Positions 37,456 to 47,893 are shown, counted from the first letter of the stretch. The stretch is DNA of 64,000 nucleotides from Promethearchaeota archaeon (GCA_016839765.1 JAEOTP010000043.1:96001-160000); one strand, 5' to 3'. Program-made: numbers and translations. The notes: generated by a model from the letters alone, not told the origin.

Positions 37456-37552
37456 TAAAAATCACCGATATTTATTTGCTTCTACCAATTCTAATAATTA
37501 TTATTCAATTAAATTATTTTTTGATATAATGTAAAATTAATTTTGTTTTTTT

Positions 37553-38716
37553 ATGTACAGTTCAGAAATTTTTAGCAATTATGGTTTAATTGGTGATAAC
37601 TTAGAACTAAAAAGAGATATTAAATTAGAAATTGATGAAAATGGTAATTTTAAGGGTATTTCGTATAAAAATGTAGGAAATACGGTCCACCTTTCAGATA
37701 ATAATTCAAATTTATTATTAGTACCCGGATTAATCAATTCTCACATTCATATAGGAGATAGTTTTGCCAAGGAACAAGGGTTTAATAAATCTTTAAAGGA
37801 AGCTGTCGCTCCCCCAAATGGAATTAAGCATCTCCTATTAAAACAAGCTCCAAAAGAAGAGAAAATAAAAGGGATAAAAAAGGCAATACAGGAAATATTT
37901 TCAAATGGAATTACTTTTTTTATCGATTTTAGGGAAGGGGGATTTGATGGACTTAAGATTTTATATGAATTTATTGAAAGAGAAAAAATTATTGATTCTT
38001 TTATTTTAGGAAGATATAGAGAGAAAGAAGAGATAAAAAAGATTTTCAAATTAGCAGATGGGGTAGGTTTACCCAGTTATAAAGGTATACATCCAGAAGT
38101 TAAAAAAATCCTAAGAAAATGTAAAGCGGAGACTGGAAAAATTGTTGCTTGTCATGTTGCTGAATTAAAAAGGAATAGTAGTTTAATAAATCAAATTTTT
38201 AATGATAATATAGTCGATATCTTCATTCATGGAACTCATTTCATTAAAAAAGATTTAAAACTTTTAGTACAAAAAAATAAAGCCTTAATTTTATGCCCAC
38301 GTTGTAATGGATATTTTGGAGCTGGTTTTCCACCAATAACTAATATTTTAAAACTAAAAATACCCTTAGCAATCGGAACAGATAATGTAATGGCTAATAG
38401 TCCTGATTTATTTGAAGAATTGCGGTACTTATACCGGATCTTAAGAGTGATGGACAAGAACATAAAAGTAACAGGGAAAGATTTGCTAAAGATGGTTACA
38501 ATTAATGCTGCTAAAATCTTTAATGTTGAAAGTCGGATAGGTTCGATATCAGAAGGGAAAAATGCGAATTTCTTTATAATTGATTTAAATAATCCTAATT
38601 ATTATACACCAAAATTAAATATTGATACGTTTTATGCCTTAATCATTGGAAGAACTAATTCATTTAATATTAAAAAAACATATGTAAGGGGTAAACTTGT
38701 CCATGAAAAACGCTAA
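37553..38716 (+). CDS. Amidohydrolase family metal-dependent deaminase
   Basis: PGLINSHIHIGD, HVAE, IHGTH, GTDN. Confidence 0.88.
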   Translation: MYSSEIFSNYGLIGDNLELKRDIKLEIDENGNFKGISYKNVGNTVHLSDNNSNLLLVPGLINSHIHIGDSFAKEQGFNKSLKEAVAPPNGIKHLLLKQAPKEEKIKGIKKAIQEIFSNGITFFIDFREGGFDGLKILYEFIEREKIIDSFILGRYREKEEIKKIFKLADGVGLPSYKGIHPEVKKILRKCKAETGKIVACHVAELKRNSSLINQIFNDNIVDIFIHGTHFIKKDLKLLVQKNKALILCPRCNGYFGAGFPPITNILKLKIPLAIGTDNVMANSPDLFEELRYLYRILRVMDKNIKVTGKDLLKMVTINAAKIFNVESRIGSISEGKNANFFIIDLNNPNYYTPKLNIDTFYALIIGRTNSFNIKKTYVRGKLVHEKR

Positions 38717-39368
38717 AAAACCTTATATTATTTTAAATGCAGCCATGACGATAGATGGGAAGATTTCCTCAAAAGAGGGAGATTCTGAAATATCAGATGA
38801 AGAGGATTGGAAAGAAGTTCATAAACTTAGAACTCAAGTAGATGCGATTATGGTTGGAAAAAATACAATTTTAAAGGATAATCCTAAACTTCATATTAAA
38901 TTTTATGAACATAAAGGTTATTATCGTATTGTTATAGATAGTAACTTATCCATTCCAATTGATTCACAGGTGATAAATTTTAAGCCAGAAACCTATCCTA
39001 CAATAATATGTACTACAGAAAATGTACATCAAGAAAAAGTTAAAGAATTTGAAGCTAAAAACATAAAAGTAATGAGGAACGGAAAAAGTTCACGCGTAGA
39101 TCTTAAAAAGTCAATGTCAAATTTATATAATTTAGGGATTAAATCTGTTCTTCTAGAAGGTGGAGGGAATCTAAATTGGAGTTTTATTAAGGAAGATTTG
39201 GTGGATGAAATAAGACTAACTATAGCACCATGGATTATAGGAGGAAAAAGTTCTATCACGTTAGCTGATGGTGATGGCTTTGAAAATATGCTCCAAGCTC
39301 AAAGGTTTAAACTCGTTGATCTTAATCATAGGGAGGATTATGTTATTTTAAAATATAAAAGATGGTAA
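38697..39368 (+). CDS. arfC: 2,5-diamino-6-ribosylamino-4(3H)-pyrimidinone 5'-phosphate reductase (archaeal RibD2/Rib7)
   Basis: AMTIDGKI, DAIMVGKNTILKDNPKL, LLEGGG. Confidence 0.9.
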   Translation: MSMKNAKKPYIILNAAMTIDGKISSKEGDSEISDEEDWKEVHKLRTQVDAIMVGKNTILKDNPKLHIKFYEHKGYYRIVIDSNLSIPIDSQVINFKPETYPTIICTTENVHQEKVKEFEAKNIKVMRNGKSSRVDLKKSMSNLYNLGIKSVLLEGGGNLNWSFIKEDLVDEIRLTIAPWIIGGKSSITLADGDGFENMLQAQRFKLVDLNHREDYVILKYKRW

Positions 39369-39369
39369 A

Positions 39370-40482
39370 ATGAGTAAAAATACAAATTATTATAAAAATC
39401 TTTCAATCCGAAAACTAAAAGAAAAAGTAACACAGATAAAATCCTCATTACCAGATGAGAGTCGACATACTATCACGTTTTCAAAAAATTTCACCTTATC
39501 TTTATCAAATTATTGCCAAAATGAATGTAAATATTGTTTTTATAATTATAAAGTTCCTAAACTAGAGGGTAACGGTAATGTCATTCTTATAGGAAATGAG
39601 CAAATTATTACACTGATTCAAAAAGCCATAAAGTCAAATTGTAAGGAAGCTTTATTAATGTCTGGAGAAAGACCAGATAGCTTCATTGAGGTTAAACGAG
39701 AATTAAGAGAGAGAAAATGTAATGATTATATGCATTTTATTATTGTTATTTGTTCTTATCTTTTGGATTTTAAACTCTTGCCTCATACCAACTTTGGAGT
39801 ACTTACTTTTGAGGAATTAGATAAATTAAAAAATTTTAATGCCAGTATGGGGCTAATGTTAGAAAGCACTAGCTTAGAATTATTCAAAAAAGGTGGAGTT
39901 CATGAATTATCGCCAGGTAAATTACCAGAAAAAAGAATAGCCCATATTAAGAATGCGGGAAAGTTAAAAATTCCGTTCACCACAGGTTTATTATTAGGAA
40001 TAGGTGAAAATTTCGAAGATAGGATTAGAGATCTTAACTTAATCAAAGAAATTTATGAAGAATATGGCCATATTCAGGAAGTCATAATACAAAATTTTGT
40101 AGGAAAAGAAGGAATTCAATATCATCCAGAATATCCCATATCAATTGAAGAAACTCTAAAAATAGCAGGTATTGCAAAACTTATATTTGGAAACGAGATA
40201 GCCATCCAAGTACCTCCTAATTTAATACGAGGATATGAGAAAGAAGCAATCGAGTTAGGAGTCAATGATTTTGGAGGGATATCTCCATTTACAATTGATT
40301 TTATCAATCCTGATCATTTATGGCCTCAAATTAATAATTTAAAAACTATTTGTAGGAATTTAGGTTATAAACTTAAAGAAAGATTTCCAATTTATGAAAA
40401 ATATATACAAAAATCAGAATTCTGTCCAGTAAATATTAAAAAAATTATAGATAATATTAATTTAAATGGTACAGATTTATAG
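39370..40482 (+). CDS. cofG: FO synthase subunit 1 (radical SAM)
   Basis: ITFSKN..CQNECKYC, LPHTN, SMGLMLE, PFTTGLLLGIGE, QVPPNL. Confidence 0.93.
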   Translation: MSKNTNYYKNLSIRKLKEKVTQIKSSLPDESRHTITFSKNFTLSLSNYCQNECKYCFYNYKVPKLEGNGNVILIGNEQIITLIQKAIKSNCKEALLMSGERPDSFIEVKRELRERKCNDYMHFIIVICSYLLDFKLLPHTNFGVLTFEELDKLKNFNASMGLMLESTSLELFKKGGVHELSPGKLPEKRIAHIKNAGKLKIPFTTGLLLGIGENFEDRIRDLNLIKEIYEEYGHIQEVIIQNFVGKEGIQYHPEYPISIEETLKIAGIAKLIFGNEIAIQVPPNLIRGYEKEAIELGVNDFGGISPFTIDFINPDHLWPQINNLKTICRNLGYKLKERFPIYEKYIQKSEFCPVNIKKIIDNINLNGTDL

Positions 40483-41590
40483 TCAAATTAGGCAAAATAT
40501 TAAATCGATTTTGAAGAAGACTCTCGAATCAGAAGAAATTACTTCTCAAGAAGCTTTAGAACTTCTTAATGTGACAGGAAAAGAATTTAGAGCATTACAA
40601 GCTACGGCAGATGAAATTTGTTTTAAGAAAAAGCAGAATATTGTCACATTTGTAATAAATAGGAATATAAATTTTACAAATATTTGCCAAAAAGGTTGTA
40701 AATTTTGTTCCTTCAGTGTTCCTATTGCAAGTAAAGAAGGGTTTTTATTAACCATTGAGGAAGTAAGAAAGAAAGTTCAGGAAGCCCAAATTAATGGCTG
40801 TTCTGAAGTATGTATTCAAGGTGGCATACATCCTAAATTAAAATTTGATTTTTATCTTGATATTTTAAAAACTGTAAAAAAAGTAAATCCAGAGATTCAT
40901 ATACACGCATTCTCACCTCAAGAAATATATTATATGTCTAAATTATCAGGCAATAACATTGAAGATACTCTAAAAATTTTGAAAAAATCAGGTTTAGATT
41001 CAATACCGGGTACTGCTGCTGAAATTTTGGTTGATAAAATAAGAAAAATTATATGTCCAAATAAAGTAAGCACATCTGAATGGATTAACATCATATCTAT
41101 AGCTCATAACTTAGGAATACCCACCACATCAACAATTATGTATGGACATATTGAAGAGTTGGAAGACAGAATTAAACATTTAGAAATTATAAGAAATATT
41201 CAGAAAGAGACCCATGGGTTTACTGAATTTGTGCCTTTACCTTTTGTTAAAGAAAAACCAATGTTAGCTAGATTAAAAGATTTTCCATTACGATTGAGTT
41301 ATGGAATGGCAGACTTGAAATTATTTTGTGTAGCAAGATTGTTTTTTAATAATTATATTGATAATTTACAATGTTCGTGGGTAAAATTAGGACCAAAATT
41401 CGCACAAGTATCTCTTAATTATGGAGTCAATGACTTTTCAGGAACATTAATGGAAGAGAATATCTCAAAGAGTGCTGGTGCTGAATTTGGAGAATATTTA
41501 TCACCAGATGAAATCATTAAAATCATAAAAAGTGCTGGGAAACGACCAGCTCAAAGAAATACGTTATATAATATTGTAAAATATTTTTAG
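40466..41590 (+). CDS. cofH: FO synthase subunit 2 (radical SAM)
   Basis: NRNINFTNICQKGCKFC, PGTAAEIL, TIMYGH, FTEFVPLPF, SWVKLG, GTLMEENIS. Confidence 0.93.
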   Translation: MVQIYSQIRQNIKSILKKTLESEEITSQEALELLNVTGKEFRALQATADEICFKKKQNIVTFVINRNINFTNICQKGCKFCSFSVPIASKEGFLLTIEEVRKKVQEAQINGCSEVCIQGGIHPKLKFDFYLDILKTVKKVNPEIHIHAFSPQEIYYMSKLSGNNIEDTLKILKKSGLDSIPGTAAEILVDKIRKIICPNKVSTSEWINIISIAHNLGIPTTSTIMYGHIEELEDRIKHLEIIRNIQKETHGFTEFVPLPFVKEKPMLARLKDFPLRLSYGMADLKLFCVARLFFNNYIDNLQCSWVKLGPKFAQVSLNYGVNDFSGTLMEENISKSAGAEFGEYLSPDEIIKIIKSAGKRPAQRNTLYNIVKYF

Positions 41591-41609
41591 AGTCAGCGCT
41601 TCTGTTAAT

Positions 41610-43475
41610 TTAATAAGTTTCATGTGTTTGTAGATAGTTTAAAATATAACGTTGTGCAATTAAATCCGAGCTAACCTTACCTAAGACTTCACCATCTTTA
41701 ACTACCGGCATTGCAGATATTTGAAATTGTTCTAATTCTCGAATAATATCTAAAATTGCAAAATCAGGTGTGGCGCTAATTACTTCTTTCGTCATAATTT
41801 TATCAAGCGAAACATCTTGTATACCTTCAGCAGTAGATTTGGTAATATCCCAATCAGTCATAACGCCTACAAGCTTACCTTCAGAGAGTACAGCAACTAT
41901 TCCACTGTTTTTTTCAATCATTAATGATGCTGCTTCTTGCACACTACTATTTACATCAATAGTAGGTATTGGAACCATAATATCTTTAGCTGTTCTTTCA
42001 CTTTCTTTTGCTGTTAGGCGTTGTAGACTTATATTTTCTGCTGCAACACAAGGAAGTATATCTGGGTTCCTTGATAATAAATCCACTAATTCAATCATAT
42101 TACGGCTAACTACCTCTTTTCTATAACCCTCACCGGCTACTAAACGCTTTTTTGATAATTCTTCAAATTCTTTAGCGTGATTAGCTAACCAATTTTCAAC
42201 AGCCTTACGGTTTCCAAGATATTCTTCAGGTATTTGGAGATGATCAGGTGTTTTTATTAAATGTTCTTGGGCAGCATAGATTACTCCCCCAGAATTCACT
42301 AAGTAGTCATTTGCAATCATAACTCCTTTTTCACGATATACAATTTGTTCCATACGTATTCGAGCAGATTTCCTATTTGGGTCAGGGGAATAAGTATTTG
42401 CGCCCTCAACTATTACTGACCAATTTCCCATTCTTTTTACTAGCATTGAAGGAGCTTCAGTTGGCCATACCCCCAAATAATTAAATACAGGAGCTGCAGG
42501 TATTAAACAAAAGCCATCTTCGAGTAATAAATTATTTGAATTTGTTGAGAATTTTGTAGGATGTTTATAACCTTCTAAAATAACATTACTCTGAAAATAG
42601 GAAGTAGTAACAAAACCCTCTTTCTTCCATAAATTATATAATTCTAATACTGGTAAACCGGATTCATTATATAAATACCCTTCTAAGTCGCTAATTCCTG
42701 TAATTTTAACTAAAGGAATTCTTTCTTTTAATATACGTGCAGCATGAGCACCAACAGCACCAAAACCTTGAATTAAAATTGTGAGTTTTTCTAATTTTGG
42801 AATTTTCAAATTTGCGAATTGAGGTAGAACACGCAATCTAGGCATTATTTCTAACAGTGTTTGTAGAGCAGTCACTACACCTCCAGCAGCAGCTCCAAGT
42901 TCATCAATACGATTTCCACCCATATCTGCTGGTTTTGATACGGCACTATCTAGTCCATTTTCAATCGCAATTGTTTTCATATCAGAATCATTAGTCCCTA
43001 CATCAGGTCCAGGTACATATATATCCCTATAACGTTGGATTAAGCGTGCAAATCCTTTAATTGTCTCATCATGTTGTTCTTTTGAGATGTTTCTCTCTGC
43101 AACTATACCTGATTTTCCACCCCCATATGGAAGATTAGCTGCTGCATTTTTAAGAGTCATTCCACGAGCTAAATTGTAAATATCTGATGGTGTGATATCT
43201 GGGAGCATTCGAATTCCTCCCATAGAAGGGCTTCCCATGGCAAGAGAATCTACAATTAAATATCCGCCAATTTCTAATGGAGATTTTTCGTCCCACATAC
43301 AACTAACTAGTTTAGGACCAACTTTATCAGTAATAACTCCTAAACGTGAAAGAAGATGTACATCTAAATTACTAAATTCTAAATAACACCTTCCATTCTC
43401 TCTTTTAAGTCGAGTTTTAAGGGTAACTTCTGGGAGTCTTTCCTTGAGAAAAGCATCCATATTTTTTGGAATCAT
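41610..43475 (-). CDS. Glu/Leu/Phe/Val dehydrogenase family protein with a C-terminal CBS pair
   Basis: GGIRM, MTLKNA, GGGKSGI, GPDVGT, QGFGAVG, EGAN, NSGGV; two CBS domains. Confidence 0.88.
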   Translation of the reverse strand: MIPKNMDAFLKERLPEVTLKTRLKRENGRCYLEFSNLDVHLLSRLGVITDKVGPKLVSCMWDEKSPLEIGGYLIVDSLAMGSPSMGGIRMLPDITPSDIYNLARGMTLKNAAANLPYGGGKSGIVAERNISKEQHDETIKGFARLIQRYRDIYVPGPDVGTNDSDMKTIAIENGLDSAVSKPADMGGNRIDELGAAAGGVVTALQTLLEIMPRLRVLPQFANLKIPKLEKLTILIQGFGAVGAHAARILKERIPLVKITGISDLEGYLYNESGLPVLELYNLWKKEGFVTTSYFQSNVILEGYKHPTKFSTNSNNLLLEDGFCLIPAAPVFNYLGVWPTEAPSMLVKRMGNWSVIVEGANTYSPDPNRKSARIRMEQIVYREKGVMIANDYLVNSGGVIYAAQEHLIKTPDHLQIPEEYLGNRKAVENWLANHAKEFEELSKKRLVAGEGYRKEVVSRNMIELVDLLSRNPDILPCVAAENISLQRLTAKESERTAKDIMVPIPTIDVNSSVQEAASLMIEKNSGIVAVLSEGKLVGVMTDWDITKSTAEGIQDVSLDKIMTKEVISATPDFAILDIIRELEQFQISAMPVVKDGEVLGKVSSDLIAQRYILNYLQTHETY

Positions 43476-43590
43476 AATCTAAATCCATTTAAAATATAGG
43501 TTATTATTGTTTAGGTATGTTAACTAATATGAGTCTTTCTAATTTAAAAGTGTCTCGTTTTAAATTTTAATAATAAATTGTATTTAAATT

Positions 43591-43647
43591 TGAAATATTA
43601 AATTAGTTTTTATTCAGGAGATGAAATATTAAATTAGTTTTTATTCA
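43591..43647 (+). repeat. 26-bp direct repeat x2
   Basis: TGAAATATTAAATTAGTTTTTATTCA at 43591-43616 and 43622-43647. Confidence 0.85.
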
Positions 43648-45215
43648 TCTTGAATATAAGATTTACCCATAAGTAAGCAATTCTCTGCTTTATTTAGCTC
43701 TCTTCCTAAGTAATTTATATGATATAAATCTTCAGTTAGTTTAAATTGAATAATTTTTTTACTTAACGCTTCTGCATCATCTCCTATAAAAATTTGATCT
43801 AATTTATGCTCATTAGAATAAAATAATACGTAAATTTTCTTAGCATAATGGTTAATATATATCCTAAAATACCCATTTTTATCAGGATTATAATCTAGAT
43901 TTAGTTTCTTTACAATAATAGCTTCCTCTTGATCAATTTTCGGTATTTTTTGGGATTTCTTCTTTTTAGCTTTAAAAATGCTAATTCCTAAATTTATTGG
44001 AGGCATATTTTTATTTTTTGCCAAATAATTGAGCTTAATACAATCTTTTAACTCTCTTACACCTCCCATTAATTTAGTGCTATGTTCGACAGTAAAAACA
44101 ACACCCATATCTAATTCAATTGCTATACTTGCCAAAAGACCATTAATACCAACAGAATCAATATCCATTAGCTCTACCACATTTGAAATTCCAAAAAACA
44201 TCGGTAATTCGTATTTTATGTAATTTTCTTTAACCACTTTTTGTTTATATAAAAAATAGGTTTCCAAAGAATTGCACATTCCTGGAGAAATCGGCGTTTC
44301 TAATAATGGATCAGCAATTAATTTCTCGAAACCATGGTTATGAAGTTCGTCTATCAAATCAAATAATTTTTTTACTCTTGTTTCCGGTTCTTTAGGGAAA
44401 TAAGCTGCTTTAACGTTTGTGGGTAAAATCACTATTGGGATATCTTTAGGTAAATTTAAACAAGTTTTATAATTTCCAGCATCAAGACTAAGAATCATAT
44501 CGATGTCTTCATCAACTGCGGCAAAAATCTCATTTTTTTCCATTGAATCTATGCTAATTAAAACATTAAAATTTTTTCTGATAAGGTTAATAATTTCTTT
44601 AATTCTATTTGGATTAGGCTTATTCGAAACACAGCCAAGATCTATAATATCAGCACCAGATTCTACATAGTGTTGCACTTTTTTAAGTATGTTTTTATCA
44701 CTCCTCTCAGTACAGTTAACGATTTCAGCAATAACTGGGGGAGGCAAATTACGTCCTATTATTAGATCTGATTTTTCTTCATTAATGTAGAATGTATGAT
44801 GAGATATATTATTTTTTGCTATTCCATATTGTTCTTTAATAATCTCTTGATATTCTTTTTCACCAGAAATCTCAAAAAGTTTATTAGCAGGGATTTTATT
44901 CGATAAATTGATATTTTGTAGGTTTTCAAAAATTACTGGTAATTCTGAGGCAAATTCAGGACCTTTTCGTACTTTGAGGGAATATTTTCTTTCTAATGAC
45001 GAACTTTCCCATTGTACAAACCCAGGAAGTAAAACTAGTTCATAATCAGAAATAGGGATTTCAGAGATAATTTGGTCTACCATCTCCTCTGATAGAAATG
45101 CTGAAATTGAAATCTGAGCTTTATAAACTTCAATTTCTAAATTCTTGATAGGTTGTACTATTTTTTTTATTAGAGGATAACTATTTAAACCGGTAATGAT
45201 TAGAATTTTAGGAAT
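43641..45215 (-). CDS. Archaeal dihydropteroate synthase-like protein with a C-terminal DUF4346-like domain
   Basis: IAEI, GADIIDLG, ISIDS, IADPLL, GISNVVELMDIDSVGIN, YLGRELNKAE; family N-terminus KILIITG lies upstream of the track ATG at 45083. Confidence 0.88.
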   Translation of the reverse strand: MPKILIITGLNSYPLIKKIVQPIKNLEIEVYKAQISISAFLSEEMVDQIISEIPISDYELVLLPGFVQWESSSLERKYSLKVRKGPEFASELPVIFENLQNINLSNKIPANKLFEISGEKEYQEIIKEQYGIAKNNISHHTFYINEEKSDLIIGRNLPPPVIAEIVNCTERSDKNILKKVQHYVESGADIIDLGCVSNKPNPNRIKEIINLIRKNFNVLISIDSMEKNEIFAAVDEDIDMILSLDAGNYKTCLNLPKDIPIVILPTNVKAAYFPKEPETRVKKLFDLIDELHNHGFEKLIADPLLETPISPGMCNSLETYFLYKQKVVKENYIKYELPMFFGISNVVELMDIDSVGINGLLASIAIELDMGVVFTVEHSTKLMGGVRELKDCIKLNYLAKNKNMPPINLGISIFKAKKKKSQKIPKIDQEEAIIVKKLNLDYNPDKNGYFRIYINHYAKKIYVLFYSNEHKLDQIFIGDDAEALSKKIIQFKLTEDLYHINYLGRELNKAENCLLMGKSYIQDE

Positions 45216-46326
45216 TTAAATCACTTAATAATTTTTTTTTATCAAATGGAATATAAATATCATCTAAAATTGAACCCGTCGCTTCTTTTATTTTTAAATT
45301 GTCTATTATTGGTTTAAACCTTCCTCCTAACAATCCATTCGCTATGAAAGCAGCGCCTTGAGCAGCATGTTTTGATAAGAGACTATATGATTTCATCAGT
45401 TTTACAGGGGCAATATCATTTAGATTTACTAAAATCTTTTCTCTTAAATATTTCAAATCAGCTCCTCTCCCTGCAATAAGTATTTCTTTTATCTTCTGTT
45501 TTTCAGAAAACGAGGAAGATATCGCATATACTGCTTTCTTAACACTAGAAATGTATGCATTCAGAGCAATATTGGTCTGTTCATCTCTTTGAGCCAATAA
45601 AGCAATTTCTTTTAAACTTAGATCTTCATATCCAGCAATATATGATACTCCACCTTTGTAAATATTCTTCTTTTTAATTGTTTTAATAAGATAAGCCAGT
45701 TCTCCATCAAGACTACCACATGCTCTAAATCCCATAATATTAGACCCCCCAATACCATCAATTATTTGCCCATTTTCAATTGCTAAAACTGCAGTAAACC
45801 CATAACCTATCTCAACCATAATAAAATTAGTTTTTTCAGGACCAATATTTAATCTTTCCATTTGATCCCTAATTCCTGTAACTGTAGAACATAGCTTATC
45901 AGCTGTACCCATATCTATTTTATTGATTTTTCTATATCGTGGAATGGTGGGTAAATGCTTGACGCCAGGAACAATTACTCCAGGTATTTTTTCAGATTTT
46001 ATTAAGCGTAGGACTTCACCTAAACCTATTAATTTATTTTTTTCTTCTTTATTAAATTTTAAAAGAGTAAAAAAAATGTCTTTTTCAGTCAATTCATCGA
46101 CTTTTTTGAGAGGAAGGCCAAATCCACTAGGAGCGACCATCAAATCAATATTTTGAATAGATTTAATGATAGAAATAGCTTTATTTGGTTCTTTTATTAA
46201 TTCTTTTGAAGGAATAGAAGCATCTAATATAATTTCATCGCTATCTAATCCAAAAAAATCCCAACTAAGAGAGCCAGGATCTATGCCTAGGACTTTCATC
46301 TTGAGCTGAGATATAGATCTTCTCAT
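45208..46326 (-). CDS. DUF1464 family (ASKHA, butyrate-kinase-like) protein
   Basis: GIDPGS, APSGFGLP, NKIDMGTADK, IIDGIGG, LDGELAY; likely start is ATG 46299. Confidence 0.85.
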   Translation of the reverse strand: MRRSISQLKMKVLGIDPGSLSWDFFGLDSDEIILDASIPSKELIKEPNKAISIIKSIQNIDLMVAPSGFGLPLKKVDELTEKDIFFTLLKFNKEEKNKLIGLGEVLRLIKSEKIPGVIVPGVKHLPTIPRYRKINKIDMGTADKLCSTVTGIRDQMERLNIGPEKTNFIMVEIGYGFTAVLAIENGQIIDGIGGSNIMGFRACGSLDGELAYLIKTIKKKNIYKGGVSYIAGYEDLSLKEIALLAQRDEQTNIALNAYISSVKKAVYAISSSFSEKQKIKEILIAGRGADLKYLREKILVNLNDIAPVKLMKSYSLLSKHAAQGAAFIANGLLGGRFKPIIDNLKIKEATGSILDDIYIPFDKKKLLSDLNS

Positions 46327-46533
46327 TCTATTAAAATCAGATATTTTTGAAATTATCTATATATGAAAGTATAACAATTCTTTTTATATTTATTAGTTTA
46401 AAACTATTGCTTAAGAAATCATTATAACTTAGTCACCAAATATTAAATATCTCAAAAGTTTTGTTTCTTAAAATTTAAATTAAATCTTAGAATTTCTAAA
46501 ATTACTAATAAATTAAATTAAAACTATAAATTT

Positions 46534-47079
46534 ATGGTGGAAAAAATTACTATTGTAAATGTGTTTGTCTGTAAAATTTGTGGAGAAGCTTATATTGGGG
46601 ATAAAGCTCCAAGTCGTTGTCCCTTTTGTGGAGCTTATAAAAAATATTTGGTCAAAGGGAAAGATTATAATGATACTGGTGATTGGGATGTTGAACTTAA
46701 TGGTAAGGATCGAGCTAATGCTGAAAGGGCTTTAGAAGTCGAGGTGTCTAATACAATTTTCTATAAATGTGCAAGTAAAAAGACTCCAAAACTAGAGGGT
46801 CAAAAGTTATTTAAAATCTTAGCAAAAGTAGAAAACGAACATGCTTCTGTCTGGAAAAAAATACTCAAATTAGATAAGGTGGAACTTCCTGAATATGATG
46901 CATGTGCTTCTGAATATAAACCTAATCTTGAAGAATCACATTCTCGAGAAGAGAGAGCAATAAAATTTTATAATCAAGCTGCATCAGAATCTTCAAATCC
47001 TCGTTTGAAAGAGATTTTTGAAGCATTTGTAGAAGTAGAAACGGATCATCTTAATTTATCTGAACAGAGACTCAAATAA
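46534..47079 (+). CDS. Rubrerythrin-like protein with an N-terminal rubredoxin domain (reverse arrangement)
   Basis: CKICG..CPFCGA, then EVE..FY..ENEH..EE..FY..ETDH. Confidence 0.88.
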   Translation: MVEKITIVNVFVCKICGEAYIGDKAPSRCPFCGAYKKYLVKGKDYNDTGDWDVELNGKDRANAERALEVEVSNTIFYKCASKKTPKLEGQKLFKILAKVENEHASVWKKILKLDKVELPEYDACASEYKPNLEESHSREERAIKFYNQAASESSNPRLKEIFEAFVEVETDHLNLSEQRLK

Positions 47080-47081
47080 AT

Positions 47082-47100
47082 CTTTTTTCTTTTTTTTTTT
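47082..47100 (+). terminator. Archaeal oligo-T terminator candidate
   Basis: CTTTTTTCTTTTTTTTTTT directly after the rubrerythrin stop codon. Confidence 0.5.
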
Positions 47101-47182
47101 ACTAATAATAAAATTCTATTTTAGAAAGTTTTTTAGCAATTCAGAACTTAAGAATTTAGAGTTCATTTTTCAAGTTGATTTT

Positions 47183-47893
47183 ATGGAAGTAAATTTTCAA
47201 GAACTTGGATTTAAAAAAGGTTATTTATATGAAATATTAGCTACTACCTTTTCAATTAAAAGAAATGAACTTATCCCAAATACGTCGTGTATGGGAATTA
47301 GAATAAGGGACAATAATGAAATAAGCATTGAACCTTATCCTAATACGAATACTTATAAAAATTTAAAACAAAATTCTCTGATTTGTATTAATTTTGTAGA
47401 AAGCATATTTTTATATGCTTTAGCAGCACTGAAGGGACTACATCTCTCTGAAAAATATAGAATTTTCCCTATAGAATATTATAATTATTATGACATTAGA
47501 GAGTATAATAAATCAATAAGTAAGATTCCATACATTAATCAAGCGTGGGCAATATTATTTTGCGAAATTAAAAAAGAATCACAATTAACTAGGAAAGATA
47601 TTTTTGGAGAAATTAATCTTTCCGAATTTATATTAAATATTCTATCACTGGTAAAAATTAAAGAATCATATAAACTCTTTAATAGAGCTGAAAATTTAAC
47701 TTTAGAAACATTAATTTTGACCACAAGGTTGAAGATTGCCTTTGAAACATATAATAGTGATTTAATTACATATTTTCAAGGTAAGATTGAAGAAAATGTT
47801 AAGAATATAAGACGGTTTGGTAAAAATCAAGATGCACTTAAAGCTATAGAACTTATAGAAGAATATATTCGTGAGTTAAAATCATCTATTTAA
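47183..47893 (+). CDS. DUF447 family protein
   Basis: YEILATT..PNTSCMGI..TNTYKNL..FNRAE. Confidence 0.8.
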   Translation: MEVNFQELGFKKGYLYEILATTFSIKRNELIPNTSCMGIRIRDNNEISIEPYPNTNTYKNLKQNSLICINFVESIFLYALAALKGLHLSEKYRIFPIEYYNYYDIREYNKSISKIPYINQAWAILFCEIKKESQLTRKDIFGEINLSEFILNILSLVKIKESYKLFNRAENLTLETLILTTRLKIAFETYNSDLITYFQGKIEENVKNIRRFGKNQDALKAIELIEEYIRELKSSI

